From NCBI GenBank assembly GCA_013239625.1, contig MU054117.1:374001-438000 (forward strand): a stretch of 64,000 nucleotides of DNA, given 5' to 3'. The stretch's first letter is position 1; each line of letters starts with the position of its first letter. Made by a program: the position numbers and the translations under genes. The notes beneath the pieces were generated by a model. That model saw nothing but the letters and a program-made list of their open reading frames with translations. It was not told where the DNA came from and ran no database searches. The stretch is from Lama guanicoe. Lineage: Eukaryota. Shown in pieces: positions 24,701-38,574 of the stretch.

Positions 24701-25502
24701 GAGCGAGGTACGGGAGGCGGGCCCGGTGCACCCCATGGGCAACGAGGGAAGCCCCAGACTCAGTGTGGGAGCCATAAGGCAGGCAGGAGGGCGCATGCAG
24801 ACCCTGCCGTCCCCCCAGCTGATGGGCAACTTAGACGCTCAGAGCCACAGACTGGGGGTTTAAACATGAAGTCTTATCTTAGATGTTGGTAAGAAATCAA
24901 AATTTAACACTCGGGAGCCAGGACTCTGAACCACATGAGGCCTTCTGCCCTGCAGCCTCTAGGCTCTGTTCCCCAGACCATCACCACTCCCTCTGCAGTT
25001 CCCGGGTGGGCCCAGCCCTTCCTCCACTCACCCACCCCCGGGCTCGGTGACAGGAGAGTGCCGGCCTGGGCGGCTGCCACTGAAGGCTCAGTTCACGAGC
25101 CTTTCTCACACCAGGTCATGTCTCGTGTCACAGTAGTGTACACACTCTGCAGTGCTGGGACCACTGCTGAAACTGTCACAGGACAGGACTGAGGGCCCCG
25201 AAAGTGTCTGTGCTACCAGAACCTGCTGGCCAGAGTGCAGGTGAGGCACCCACGGGTCAAGGGTGAAATGGAAGAAACTCTGGGATGGGCGCTTGGAGGT
25301 TTATTTTAAAAATCTTAAATGGGCATTTCTTTTGACTGAGTGAGTACACTTTCAGAAATTTAAACTAGGGATGTAATTCACGAGGTGCGCCAACGTTTAT
25401 GTCCAAGGTGATGCAATACAGCATGTTTACAACAGTTTAAACAGCTGGATACAGATGTCCTTCTACTAAACTGGAGTATCTGACTATCACATTTAAAGGT
25501 GG

Positions 25503-28500
25503 ATTTCCGGTCAGGATAGTGAGTGGTAGGACCACAGGCTTGCCTTTCCTCACAACTACAACCACAACTGACTACTAAACCACCATCGAAACAAAGACTG
25601 GAACCTAGCAAAGAAGATCTCCTTCAACTGGAGACATAAAGAGGGAACCACAGCAGGACGGCAGGAGGGGCGTGCTGAAGACATAATTGGGCCCCATACC
25701 TCCCGGGTGGGCGACCCACAAGCTGAACAAGAGAGGCCCTCCCACAGGAGTGAGAGCTCGAAGCCCCGCGTCAACCTCCCCAGCCCGGGTTCTGGCATTG
25801 GGAGGAGGAGGAGACCCCAGGACATCTGGTTCTGAAGGCCAAGGGGGCTTGGCTCTGGGAGCCTCATGGGACTGGGGGAAACGGAGACTCTATTCGCTTG
25901 AGAAGCGCACACGGAAACTCACGCGCACCAGGTCCAAGGCCAGAGGCAGTGATTGCATAGGAACCTGGGCCAGGCCCGCCTGCTGGATTTCGAGGATCTC
26001 CTGGGGACGTAGGGGATGGCTGCGCTCACCTAGGGAGCATAAAAGCTGGTGGCAGACATTCCAGGAGTGTTCATCTACTGAACTTTCCTAGAGGTTGACA
26101 TCGTAATTGGATCATTAGCACCAAGACCTAGCCCCACGCAACAGCCTGTAAGGAAGCCTCAGGCCAAACACCACACAGGGTGGGAGCACAGCCCCACCCA
26201 TCAGACTTCCTGAGCCACAAAGGCCTCTAGTCACAGCCCTACCCACCAGAGGTCCAGGACCAAGCTTCACCCAGCAGTGGGCAGGCACCCGCTCCTCCTG
26301 CCAGGAAACCTGCATAAGCCTCTAGTCCAGCCTCACCCACCAGGGGACAGATACCAGAAATGAGAAAACAACAATCCCAGAGCCTGTGGAAGGAATCTAC
26401 AAACACAGGCCAGACTCTACACTGGGACCGGCTGGACCCTGGTCCTTGGGTGACAAGAGATGTACTGTTGGGACACATTAAAAGACTGAAGGACAAAAGC
26501 CATACGATCATCTCAATAGATTCAGAAAAAGCTCTCAGTAAAATCCAACATATATTTATGATTAAGAACTCTCCAGAAAGTGGGCACAGACGGAAAATAC
26601 CTCAACATAATGAGAGCCATTTATGGCAAATCCACAATGAAAACCACACTTAGTGGTGACAAGCTGAAAGTGCTTGCTCTAAGATCAGGACCAAGACAAG
26701 GATGTCCACTCTCCCCACTTTTACTCAATACAGTTTTGGAAGTCCTAGCCATAATAATCAGAGAAGAAAAGGAAGTAAAAGGAATCCAAACCAGAAAAGA
26801 AGAAGTAAAACTGTCAATGTTTGTGGATGACAAGATACCATACACAGAAAATCCCAAAGAAGTGACCAGAAAACGACGAGAGCTCATCAATGAATCTGTG
26901 AAAGCTGCAGGGGCACAAAACTAATGGACAGAAATCAGTTGCATCTCTATACACTAACAACGAAACTGCAGAAAAACAAATTCAGGAAACAACCCCACTG
27001 ATCATCATACAAAAAAGAGAACAATACCCACGAACAAACCTGCCTACGGAGGCCAAAGACCTGCGCTCTGAAAACTACAGTGCACCACTGAAGGCCACTG
27101 AAGACCACACAAGCGTCCAGTGAATCAGCACTGCTGAGTGGCCACTCTCCCCAGGGCAATGCAGAAATTCAGTGCCATCTGTATCAGACTACCAGCAACA
27201 TCACAGAGCCGGAACAAAAAACGCTACCATTTATATGGAAACATAGAAGACCCGAACAGTGAAAACAATCTTGACAAAGAAGAACAGAGCTGGAGGAACC
27301 AGGCTCCTTGACTTGAGACTATGCTACAGAGCGACAGTCATCAGAACAGTGTGGTACTGGCACGAAAACAGACACCTGGATCAACGGAACAGGATAAACC
27401 CATATACTTAGGGTCAATTAACCTACGGCAGAGGAGGCAAGAATATACTATGGAGAAAAGACAGTCTCTTCAGTAAGTGGTGCTGGGAAAGCAGGACAGC
27501 TACCTGTGAAAGAATGAAATGAGAACATTCTCTAACACCATATACAAAAATAAACTCAAAATGGTTTAAAGACCTAAATGTAAGACTGTATACTATAAAA
27601 CTTATAGAGGAAAACATAGGCAGAACCCTCTCTGACATAAATTGTAGCAATATTTTTTGGATTAGTCTCCTAAAGCAAAGGAAATAAAAGCAAAAATAAA
27701 CAAATGGGACCTAAAATTTAACTTAAAATCTTTTGCACAGCTGAGGATACCATCAACAAAACGGAATGACAACCTACAGAATGGGAGTAAATATTTGCAA
27801 ATGATGCAACTGACAAGGGACTAATTTCCAAAATACACAAATAGCTCATACAGCTTAATGTCAAAAAACAAGAAGCCCAATCAAAAAATGGGCAGAAGAT
27901 CTAAACAGACATCTCTCCAAAGAAGACACAGAGACGACCAATAAGCACATGAAAAGATGCTCAACATCACTAACTGTTAGAGAAATGCAAATCAAAACTA
28001 CAACAAGGTTTCACCTCACAGCAGTCAGAATGGCCACCATTAAAGCATCCACAAATGATAAATACTGGAGAGGTTGTGGAGAAAAGGGACCCCTCCTACA
28101 CTGCTGGTGGGAACGTAAATTGGTGCAGCCACTGTGGAAAACAGTATGCAGATTCCCTAAAAAACTAAAAATAATTACCATATGATCCAGCCATCCCCCT
28201 CCTGAGCATTTATCTGGAGGAAATTCTAATTTGAAAAGACACATGCACTCCAATGTTCATAGCAGCACTGTTTACAATAGCCAGGGCATGGAAGCAACCT
28301 AAATGTCCATCAACAGATGACTGGATAAAGAAGTTGTGCTCTACTTATACAATGGAATACTACTCAGCCATAAAAAAAGAATGAAATAATGTCATCTGCA
28401 GCAACATGGATGGATCTGGAGACTGTCATTCTAAAGAAGTAAGCCAAAAAGAGAAAGAAAAGTACCATATGATATCATTTATATGTGGAATCTTAAAAAA

Positions 28501-28813
28501 AAAAAAAGACACAAATGAACTTAGTTACAAAACAGAAACAGACTCACAGACATATAGAACAAAACTTATGGTTACCGGGGGAATAGGGGTGGGAAGGGAT
28601 AAATTGGGAATTCAAGATTTGCAGATACTAACTACCATATATATAGCACAGGGAACTATATTCAATATCTTGTCGTAACCTATAATGAAAACATGAAAAT
28701 GAATATATGCATGTATACGTGTGACTGAAACACTATGCTGAACACCAGAAATTGCACAACATTGTGAACTGACTATGCTTCAATAAAAAAGAATGCAAAA
28801 AAAAAATCCAAAA
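25503..28813 (+). mobile_element. Cetartiodactyl/camelid-type L1 retaining its 5'UTR, lacking ORF1 and the EN half of ORF2, with RT/C-terminal ORF2 remnant, 3'UTR and A-tail
   Basis: 5'UTR motifs (cctcacccaccaggggacagataccagaa) to about 26470, then HIKRLKDKSHTIISIDSEKA, RQGCPLSPLLLNTVLEVLA and MFVDD, then the 3'UTR and caataaaaaa. TSD aaaggtgg at 25495-25502 and 28814-28821. Confidence 0.9.
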
Positions 28814-29878
28814 AAAGGTGGTTAAAAGAAAAGTAATCATGATTAAAAAATGCAAGATATGGAAAAGTGAAATTACATATGAATACAGCTGTGCTTAAAA
28901 ACCACACAAACTCCCAAGTTACATCTCAAAAAGAGAATGGGAAAAAATGCACTGAAGACTTCATAACCATGTTTGCGGGACATTGTGACAGATGGAAAAG
29001 TCACTGTACCAACAGTGAGTCCAGGAGCAGACTCTCCCTTCAGAAACACAGATTTCTACACCAGAAAAAAGCAGCATTTAGTCAATCTCCTCCTCACCTT
29101 ATAACCACAAGTTTATTTCCCAACCACACCAGGCACCTAAGAGTGGATTTATCAGAACAAAAATATTTCAGATACTGTCTTCAACTGTCTGAAAAAATGT
29201 GAATCGTAACACCCCAAACTACTTGCACGGATTAAGGTCCTGTCTCAACTTCCGGGAACTGGCCCACCGTTCAGTTTTGTGTGGAAACACAGTAGCAAGA
29301 AAACGTTTATCAAGTCAGAAAATGCATATTGAGTATATCAAAACAAGGGACACAGGAAGATCCATTATTTGCTGATACAGATGAGATTTTGCTCCCAATT
29401 CCCATACATCTCAGATGTCCTGGAGAGCTGCTTACTTGGTAGTTATGGTGTGAGGGGACCGAGATCCTCCACGTTAAAAATTATGCTACTGTTTATGTGA
29501 ACAAAAGATGGTCAAGGGGCAGAAATACAGTAAAATCTAGTTTTAGTTTTTAGGCATCATTTTACCAATACTGAAAACAAAAATGAGAAAGAAAGACACA
29601 CGCTGAGAGGAAGAAACTGCACTTGAATGTGGTACCTGGTGGGGCCAAGAGTAAGGGATACAGATTTATGAGAGCAAAATAAAGTCAAGAATTGTAATAA
29701 AAACAAAACTCAGCTGCAGAAGGAGCCAACAAGGGGCCGGGGAACCATATGCAAATACTGGGTTGCACCATGTGTCTCAGCCCTTGATCTGCGCCGGCTG
29801 TTCCAGGAGACACCAGACGCCACTGTGACTGGTTAATTAGTTCCCTCTGCAGGACACAGCAAGTTCCGGGTTACTCAC

Positions 29879-29973
29879 GTGATATCCCTTCGTTGGTAGC
29901 AGCCCTGAAGCAGGCAGGCGATCAGGTCGCTGATAAACTCTGCGTCGTCCCTGTGAAGAGCTGCTTCTAGCTC
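29879..29973 (-). CDS. CECR2: CECR2 coding exon (human exon 2), DDT-domain region: ELEAALHRDDAEFISDLIACLLQGCYQRRDI(T)
   Basis: Matches human ELEAALHRDDVEFISDLIACLLQGCYQRRDIT. Long pyrimidine tract plus CAG acceptor at 29976-29974, GTGAGT donor at 29878. 95 nt, phase 0 to 2. Confidence 0.97.
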
Positions 29974-31199
29974 CTGAGGAGGAGAAGCAGGGAGAGGGAG
30001 TGAGAGGTCGCATAGACAGCGGCTCCTCCCTTCCACGCCACCATCACCATCCCCACCACCCTGGTCACAGACAGCCCGCAGCTGGGCCAGAAGAGCCGCG
30101 GGTGTTCCAGTTCTCCGCAGGTTTACTCCCACTGCCCCCACCGAACTCCGTCCCTCCTCTCCGCTCACTGTAGAGAACACACTCACGTCTCTGCACGTAA
30201 AACCAAGCCAGCAGAGCTGCAGAAGAGCTCAACTCACACAAACGCGACTGTCTGGCTTTCTGTTTTAATGGCAAGAGAATAAAGGAGCAAATATGCGATC
30301 GATTAGGAAGTGTTCATTTATTTCAGTTCCCACGGGTCAAGGGTCCGCGACAGCTTTCCGGAGCCATCCCACTTTGAGAAGCAGCACCTACAGGGCCGAG
30401 CCTGATCTTACTTCACCCCAAGGAGTGAGGCAACGTCCCCACTAACGGTCTACTTGCAGGGAGATGGACTTGCTGTCCCTGGGGTTCAGGCAGAGAAGGC
30501 CAAAGGATCAGAAGGCACAGTGCTGTCAACAAAGACCCGCTGAGGAGCTACAGGGACAGAGACAGTGCGGAACTCGAGAGAGTCTACCTCCCTTCTCAGC
30601 ATCCCACAGCAAGCCTGTGCTTTCTGGGATGATGGAACGCGCTCCATCACTGGCTCGCGGGCTGCCGCCAACCCAACGCCCACCCCCTCCCGCCAGCCAT
30701 CCCTAAGGGCTGCAAGGCTCATGGTGTGACTAGCTCATAAGCAAACTCTCTCAAGTCTTGCGAGTGGATGTGTAAGCACGAGGTGTGCCAAGATGCAGTT
30801 TCTGGCCTTAGCACCAAGTGCAGGGCAGTGTCCCCAAGGAGGGCAGTCGTAGAAGTTCCTGGCCAGTAACAATCACTCTGAACACTTCACAGGACGAAAG
30901 TCTGCTGAGCATTCTAAGTGACGGATGTAAACACAGTACAAACGACTCTGAGGCGGCCGGACTGAAAAGGAAGGGATCCCACGCTGCCCTGACGCCCAGG
31001 TGAACAGCCCTCAAAATTCAGACGTGAAGCCCAGCCTGAACACACTCTGCTCGCCGGGAACACAGACCTGGTGACCATCGCCATCACCACCCCCCACCAC
31101 CACGGTCCTCAGTCTTCTACCAGCCTGCCAGCTCCTCTGGGCAGAGCTCTTTCCTACATTCTACCAGCCCAGGATTACAGGGTTTGAGCTATGTTTAGT

Positions 31200-31330
31200 C
31201 CAGATTCATTCACTCAACAAACACTTTCTGGCCACCTGCCTGTGTGGAACAATACGGGACATCCCACGCACTGGGGAGCTTGGTTTACTTAGGAGGGAAG
31301 ACAGCACAACAAAGACAGGCAGACATCGAC
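31200..31330 (-). mobile_element. L2 3'-end fragment
   Basis: attcattcactcaacaaacactttctggccacctgcctgtgt, the typical L2 terminus. Confidence 0.6.
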
Positions 31331-31597
31331 GTCAGCACTCCTGGGGCCAGAATACTGTGGGACCGGCAAGGAGAGGCGGTGAGGAGAAGGGTCGGGGGGA
31401 CAGCGACACGCCCCGGAGAGCAAAGCCTTCCTCCCCTGCAGCTGGCGCCTCACGGTGACCCAGGCGCAGAGCACAGCAGGTCTCACCGCCCAGCGCTGAC
31501 CAGAGGAAGACCGTGGAGAGGCGGCAAAGGAGAAGCAGGGAAGCAATTTTAACCCTGCTGAAAAAAAGTGCTGGTACCAGTTAAAACTTTTTTCACT

Positions 31598-31735
31598 TCA
31601 GTGGGTACAGAGTTTCAGATCTGCAAGATGAAGAAGTTGTGGAGCCGTTTCACAACAACATGCATCTACTTAACCCTGCCCGACTGCACTTAACATGGTT
31701 ATGACGGGAAAGTTTGTGCCTCTTTTACCACAACT
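31598..31735 (+). mobile_element. L1MA/L1MB-type 3' terminus
   Basis: gggtacagagtttcagatctgcaagatgaagaagttgtggag ... ttttaccacaac. Confidence 0.7.
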
Positions 31736-34700
31736 TAGAGAAAACGTTTTTCACGGTAAAAGCACCCCGTCCAAGTGCTTCTGTGATGATGGCAATGAGG
31801 CGATGCGTATAAAAGCAGACCAGCACAGCACACAGCAAGAGCCCCACCACACGTGAGCACCGCGATTATCTCGTCTTCCTTGAACGACCGTGTGCAGGGG
31901 AAAGCAGACTGAAGGGCCAGAAACTGGTCGTTTCAAAATTCAGGTTTCTGAACAATAGAACAATTTTAATACATGGCCTACTGTGTTCGCAAGCCAATAA
32001 AACTACTTCCAAATCCAGGGTATTCAAAGCTTTACCCCGTATGCCTTCAACCCAGAGTCTAAGGCTCAGATGAAGGCAACAAGGAACAAACATCCTTCAG
32101 AACCACCCCCTCCTCTCGCCCACTCCTCTCCCCCTTTGTACGTCCTTTTCACTGTGGGCACTGAGCTGTGAGCACAGAAATCCGAACTTTGCCAAGATGC
32201 TCTGGGACAGAAGAGGGAAGGGTGGGGGCAGGGGCACGGGCTCCTGCAGCTCCTGCACTTCAGAGGGGCTGGAGGGAGGACCGGGACTGCCCTCCTTGCA
32301 GCTGGCGTCACAGTTCATTAGGGACAAGTCTGTTTAACACTGTCACACCTCCCACGCCCTCAGGAGCAAGTGGGGCTGCTAGGAAGAGAACCCCGGAATG
32401 AGCAGGGAGATAAAGAAGCTCTCAGTCCACACTGGGGGAGCCTTCGCTGTGCCAGAAGCAACAGCCCAGCGCAGCATGGGCAGAGCATCACCAACCCCGA
32501 GCACGGCCAGCACTAAGTATCCCTGCAGGTGCTCGCAGTGCTACACAGGCTCCTGAGCCCTGGACAGGCTTTCTCTAATCTCCTGCGAGAGAAGGAACGT
32601 GCACAGCTACCACTCAGGCACAATAATCCCTCTGAGTTTCCTTAAGGAGGGTAAAAGGGGTCACACATGCTGTATCTGATTTTAGAAGGCTACAAATCTT
32701 TCTCATTTGCACATAGACCAACTGTAAGGCGTTGGGGGGGGGGTCGCAGTTGGAGACAGGGGCCTCCCTGTGGGACCCAGAGCTGTGCTCGCACAAAGGC
32801 GATGCAAAGCAGACCTTCCTGCAGGGCTCCCCTGCTGCTTGCCAAGGGGCGGCCTGAGAGTGGGCTCAGCCTCCAGAAGGCACCCCTGACTCTGCAGCTG
32901 ATGCTTTATAACTTGAAATGATTTAATTTAATCCCAAAGGCTTGCCTGTGCCTATTCAGACAGTGAAGTATAAATCAGCCCAAGTGGGTGGAACGGCGAG
33001 GACCCCGAAACCGCTGTTCCCAGACTGCCCACTGGCCGAGTGCTCCACCCCAGGGGTCCTCAGGCCAGCAGGTGCCCCTGCGTCCTGTCAACAGTCCACA
33101 GAATAGCTGTCGCTGGCTGCGGTGCTGAGTAAACAACAGAAAGGAGACCAAAGTGGCTCTTCCCTTCAAACGTGGCTGCTGCCCAGAGCATTAGGTCAAC
33201 AGGAAAACACCAATCACATCAGTCAGTGTGGAAACCTAGAACACGATTTTCCAGAAAAGGCGTAAATTACCAAAGCTGGCTCCAGAAATTAAGCAAAGGC
33301 TCACAAGTCTCACAGACACCCCCCCCAAGAAGGTGCCTGCGATACACAGGCAACCCCCAGGTGCTGACAGGGCCGGAGGTGCCCCAGCACTCCCCAGGGC
33401 TGGCGCTGGGCGGGCAGCGTGCGAGGGCAGCACGGGCACACAGGGTCTCACAGCCCGCACCAGCCTCACGCGGAGCGGGCAGCCTATCCCTCACAGTGAG
33501 GGCTGTATCCCTCCGCCCACACGGTGTGCGGCCAGAACACAGGAGACCAAGAGAAGACAGCACACAGCTTCCTAGAGAGGCGGTTCTGAGTTTTCGCTTG
33601 TTCGTTTTTATCGCTGTTGCTTGTTGTTGTTTGGAAAGGTATTTTTAACTTAAACATTTGTATGAATTTAAAAAATAAAACAGGACTTCATGAGGCAAAC
33701 AAAGACTGCAGCTCCAGACCTGGGGCTACGCCGTCTCACTCTTCGCGCTCCACTGGGCCCGCTGGAAATCACTCAGGTATCGAGGAGCCAGTAAAGACAG
33801 GACAGAAGAATAGTGAAACACAGAAGGTTAACCTATGTGTGTCTGCAGGACACAGGGAGAGAGACCAGGCCTGGTCCAGGGAAGGCGCGACGGGGCCCAT
33901 ACCATGAGGCAAACGAAAGTTCGGGGTGAAAGGGGAGAGTTTCAGAAGTAGAGTCAGTTAGATTTTGCAACTAACAGCATATGGAGGGAAAGGACAAGGA
34001 ATTTGGGGGTAACAAGTTTGAATCCTGCCCCTCCCCAAAGATCATGGAATCTTTAACTGATAAAAAAACTAACAGATGAGGGGTGGTGATGTGGGGCAGA
34101 GACAATAAAGAAGTCAGTGGGAGATAATCTTGCGCCGCCCTAAATCCTGCTTGTCAGCCTGTGACTGCGCCCCGATCCTGTGTGGGAACAGCAAAGTCGT
34201 ACACATTTCACACATGACTCTGCTGCGTGCATGAGGGGCCCTTCTGGCTGCAGTGATCCATCAGCTCACCGCACAAGGGGCGGCACCCTGCATCTGCAGA
34301 CACACTGCAAGCCGGGCTCTCCGCACAGTGTTGGGGCGCAGTGTGGGCACGAGGCCCCCTCCAGTGATATTTCATCTCTTGGAGGGGCAGGTGGAATCGG
34401 CGGCAACCCCAGTCCCGGCTGCGAGACAGCAGCACTCAGCCAGCAAGGGTCTCAGACAACAAAGGTCACCGCTCTGAACGGAAGCTTAACGAGGACCTTG
34501 CAGAGCCTCCGGCTACCGCCCAGTGCCTCCACAGGTAAGTGCCTGGAATGTTCCAGAGAAAACCAAACAGTAGCCGCTGGGAACAAGCCGTCTAAAGGGA
34601 TGAACTGAAGGTTTCCAGAATGCGTGAAATCGAGTCATGAAGAAATCTGGAAAGGCCAAGTAGGGATGATCAGGGTGAGATCACTACCAAGAAAGCAGTA

Positions 34701-35685
34701 CCCCCTGCTCCCTGGGGGAAGGGTGGGGGGATGCCCCGCCCAAAGTGGGCAGTCTGCAGGACAGCTAAGGAAATCCGCGGTGAGAACTTGCGGAAGTTGG
34801 TACCTCGCCTCCTCTTCTCTCATCTCCTGATGGTAAGTAGCCTGGGTGTGAGGAAGGAGGTGTGTGTTGAGGGCAAGTCTCAATCCAAGCGCAGGTAAAC
34901 TAACTGTCCTTCCGAGACTCTAGGCCTGTGACCTCGCCAGGTTTCTGAATCTACAAAGCTGGGGACCAGACTTGGTCATCGGAAAGTGCTCACAACAGAG
35001 CCAGACACGGCTGAGCAGGACCCTCAGAGAAGGAGCACCTTGGGAGCACAACTGCAAACAAGCAGGTGCGACTCTGTTGGGTTTAGGCAGACTTTCCAGC
35101 AAAACTCTCACAAAGCAGCTATCTAGAACGCTCACACTGACCAAGTGTCTTCTATCACAAGACACTCAGTGGTTTGGTTTCTGGACAGGAAATCCAGGAG
35201 ACAGCAACTCAAGACAGCCGCGGCCAGCGCAGCCGTGGGTGCCACCAAGGCCGTCAGAATGGACCACTGTGCAGTGAGTACGTAGCTGCTCAGCAGTGTG
35301 CTGTCACGTACAAGTGCTGGAAGGTGCCTTGAATAGAAACACGTAAGCACTTACATCGTAATAACCATGAATATACACACACGGAGCACTGAAAAAACAA
35401 ACTCTTTTCCTATTAAATGAACAGGTATTTGGGGAAATTTTCAGAAATCAGCATCAAAAGCAGATTCTGAAACTTCAGACAGAAGTGAGGTTGTTGAAGT
35501 ACTCTAAAAACTGTACTTGAGGTCTTCAAAGGTGGTTCTAATGATGACGAAGAAATTACTTCTGGAAATAAGGACAGGGGAAAAGCAATTATTTCTAAAC
35601 TTAAAAATTCAAATGTTTATGTAAAATTCCTAAAGTAAAATTTCCAAACGGAAATTTCACTCCTTCAGTCTCTGTCATTGAAAGT

Positions 35686-36376
35686 CTGGTGCAGCCACTA
35701 CAGAGAACAGTATGGAGATTCCTCAAAAAACTGAAAATAGAGTTACCCTATGATCCAGCAATCCCACTCCTGGGCATATATCCAGATGGAACTCTAATTG
35801 GAAAAGGTACACGCACCCCAGTGTTCATAGCAGCACTATTAACAACAGCCAAGACACGGAAGCAACCTCAATGTCCACTGACAGATGACTGGGTAAGGAA
35901 GATGTGGTGTGTTTATACAATGGAATATTATTCAGCCATAAAAAGGAACGAAATAATGCCATCTGCAGCAGCACAGATGGACCTAGAGATTATCATACTA
36001 AGTGAAGTCGGACAGAGAAAGACAAATATCACCTGATATCACTTATATGTGGAATCTAAAAAAAAACAAATGATACAAACAAACTTATTTACAAAACAGA
36101 AACAGACTCACAGACGGAAAACAAAGTTATGGTTACCAAGGGGGAAAGGCAGGGGAGGGATAAATTGGGAGTCTGGGATTAACAGATCCACACTACTATA
36201 TATAAAATAGACAAACAAAAGGTCCTACTTTACAGCAAAGGGAACTATACTCAATATCTTGTAGTAACATATAGTGAAACAGAATGAATATATATATATA
36301 TATATATATGAATCATTATGCTGCACACCAAAAACTAACACAATACTGTAAATCAACTATACTTCAATCTAAAAAA
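35686..36376 (+). mobile_element. 5'-truncated L1 (ORF2 C-terminus [25 protein letters not shown] plus 3'UTR), with an internal (AT)n
   Basis: ORF 35689-36036 is the canonical L1 ORF2 C-terminal peptide; the 3'UTR ends caactatacttcaatctaaaaaa. Confidence 0.92.
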
Positions 36377-38354
36377 TTTTACATATACCATGGTATGTTG
36401 ATATTCCCAAAAAGCCTTACTGAATCATCTCACTGGAAAGACAGGACGCTGCCTAGCTTCAAGCATACATGGTGAGTCACACGTGTTAGCATTGCCACAG
36501 GAGAGTCAGAACTCGTAACTCATGCTCTGTCCACTTTACCAAAAAGGAAAAGATCATGAAAGTCTGGAAAGGGGAAAAGGTATGGAGAATAATGTTTGAC
36601 AATGACCCCATTAGTTCCAAAACGCAGCGTACCTGGGTTCATTATATTCCTTATTCAACTCTCAAACAGATCAGTCACCCCGCACCCAAGTCATTCACAC
36701 ACGCCCTCCAGGTCGCGGGCCTCACTCCGGAGGCATCTTTGTAGCCTCTCCTCTTAGCTTTCCCTTCCATCCCCCACATACAAACTGTATTTTTTTTATC
36801 ACGTTAATTAATAAAACAAATAAATCAGTATTTTCCAATCAGGTTTCACAAACATCTGTAGCAGGAAATGTAAACTTCACAACAGGAAGGAGGTGAAAGA
36901 TTTTAACAAGGAAAAAAATTGAGAGGTCCTCAAGTATTAGGTGGGAGACTTTGGATTAATCAAAGGTTTTAATGCAAACAACTTGGAGGATGGAGGAGTG
37001 ACACAGGTGAGAAGGCAGGTTACGGGCACGGAAAGGACAGGGCCGAGACAGGGCTACGGGCAGGCGTGACAGAGTGCGGGCACATGTGCGTGTGACATCC
37101 GTGTTCTGACGACACGTGTCTGTGCGAGAGCGCGAGATCACCAGGGCCGGCCAGGACACCAGAAAACAACGTAAAACAAGCCAAAACGGGAAGGGACTGG
37201 TTCATAATACACTTAAGACCTTCGTCCCTCAAAAGTATAATGAACATAAATGTTGAGAGCTGCCCAAATTAACTAAAATGGGGCTGTGGTGCAAAGGAAC
37301 CTCTGAGCAGGCCTCCCTGGCCCGGGCAGGCGCAGCACAGGCCTGCAGGCCAAGGCCGCTTCCCTGACAATGGAAGAACCGGGAGCTTCAAAGAGACTTG
37401 GGATTAACTGCCTCAAACTAATGAACCAGTTGTTCACGAAATACAGTGAATCTGCCCTAAATGAAATGACTACCTCGAGGATGTGAAAAAAATAGTCTGT
37501 CCAAACTACTGTCGCCGGTCCTAGTGATGCAAACAAACCCTCACTCCGACCAGCACGCTGTAACCAGGTGGAGCCCTGCGAGCGGTCCTTGCCCCCATCG
37601 AGCTGGACCTGGAAGCAGCATTTAAAGCAGCTGGTTCTTTCCTCCATCTCAGAGCCCTTTCTTGGCTTCAACGCCTTCCTCACCTCTGTACTCCTTGTCT
37701 ACCTCATTGCCACTTCCCCTCCACCTCCTCTAACGGCACGTGCTGGAGAAGACACAAGGGGTCAGTCTGTGGCCTCCTCTCTCCCCTGTGCCCATGGGCC
37801 ACACCTGCCGTCCCGGCGAGCTCCTCCACCCCGAGACGCTCCCACTGACACTCCATAACTTTCCTCCGAATTCCAGAGTAAGCCGATCCCACGGCAGACT
37901 TCACCACAGAGCCTCCAGCAGGCAGAGCAAACGACCCTGGGAGAGGCACCTCCCTCCAACACTCAGTCACCCTTGAAACTCCTCTCAGGTCACAACCACC
38001 CACCAGCAAGTCAAAAACGGCCGTCTCCCCAGGGTCGCAGCAACGGCTCTCTCAGAGCCTCCTCCCTGGACCCCTGCTTCTGTCCATCTGTGCACAGTAA
38101 CAGGCTCCAGTCAGAACACAGCCCAAAGTCTCCACTGCACATTTAAGCCCTCGGCCCGTGTGGCCTCCTGCTGACCCTTCCTTCCCCAGGTCCCACAGTG
38201 CTCCCGCCTCCCGCCTCAGGCCCATCCTTCTCCTATTCATCCTCTGGACTTCCTTTTTCCAGCTCCTCAGCTATTTATTACATACTCATTTATCCTCCTT
38301 CTTCTACTGTTACTATGTAACATTTATGTATACACGTACACATATACATACATT

Positions 38355-38379
38355 TGTGTGTGTGTGTGTGTGTGTGTGT
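38355..38379 (+). repeat. (TG)n microsatellite
   Basis: About 12 TG units read directly. Confidence 0.95.
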
Positions 38380-38480
38380 ATCTCTGCTGAGAAGCTTTCT
38401 GGTTTTTGTTTATATCTGTTTCCCTAAAATGCCCACAGATCCATAAGCCAAGACTCTAAATTTAAGACTACATCACAGTA

Positions 38481-38574
38481 GGGGGGAGGATATAGCTCAA
38501 GCGCTAGAGCACATGCTTAGCATACATGAGGTCCTGGGTTCAAACCCCAGCACCCCCCCTAAAAAAAAAAAAAA
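38481..38574 (+). mobile_element. Vic-1-like SINE, short form (tRNA-like body plus pure A-tail), with perfect 17-bp TSD
   Basis: ggggggaggatatagctcaagcgctagagc ... gggttcaaacccc ... poly(A); aagactacatcacagta at 38464-38480 and 38575-38591. Confidence 0.93.

Noticed and set aside
26473..28480. Active L1 reverse transcriptase
   Set aside because: ORF2 is broken by frameshifts, stops and deletions; ORF1 and EN are absent.
29749..29756. Octamer ATGCAAAT near exon 2
   Set aside because: A single 8-mer with no supporting context; the same word also occurs inside L1 remnants.
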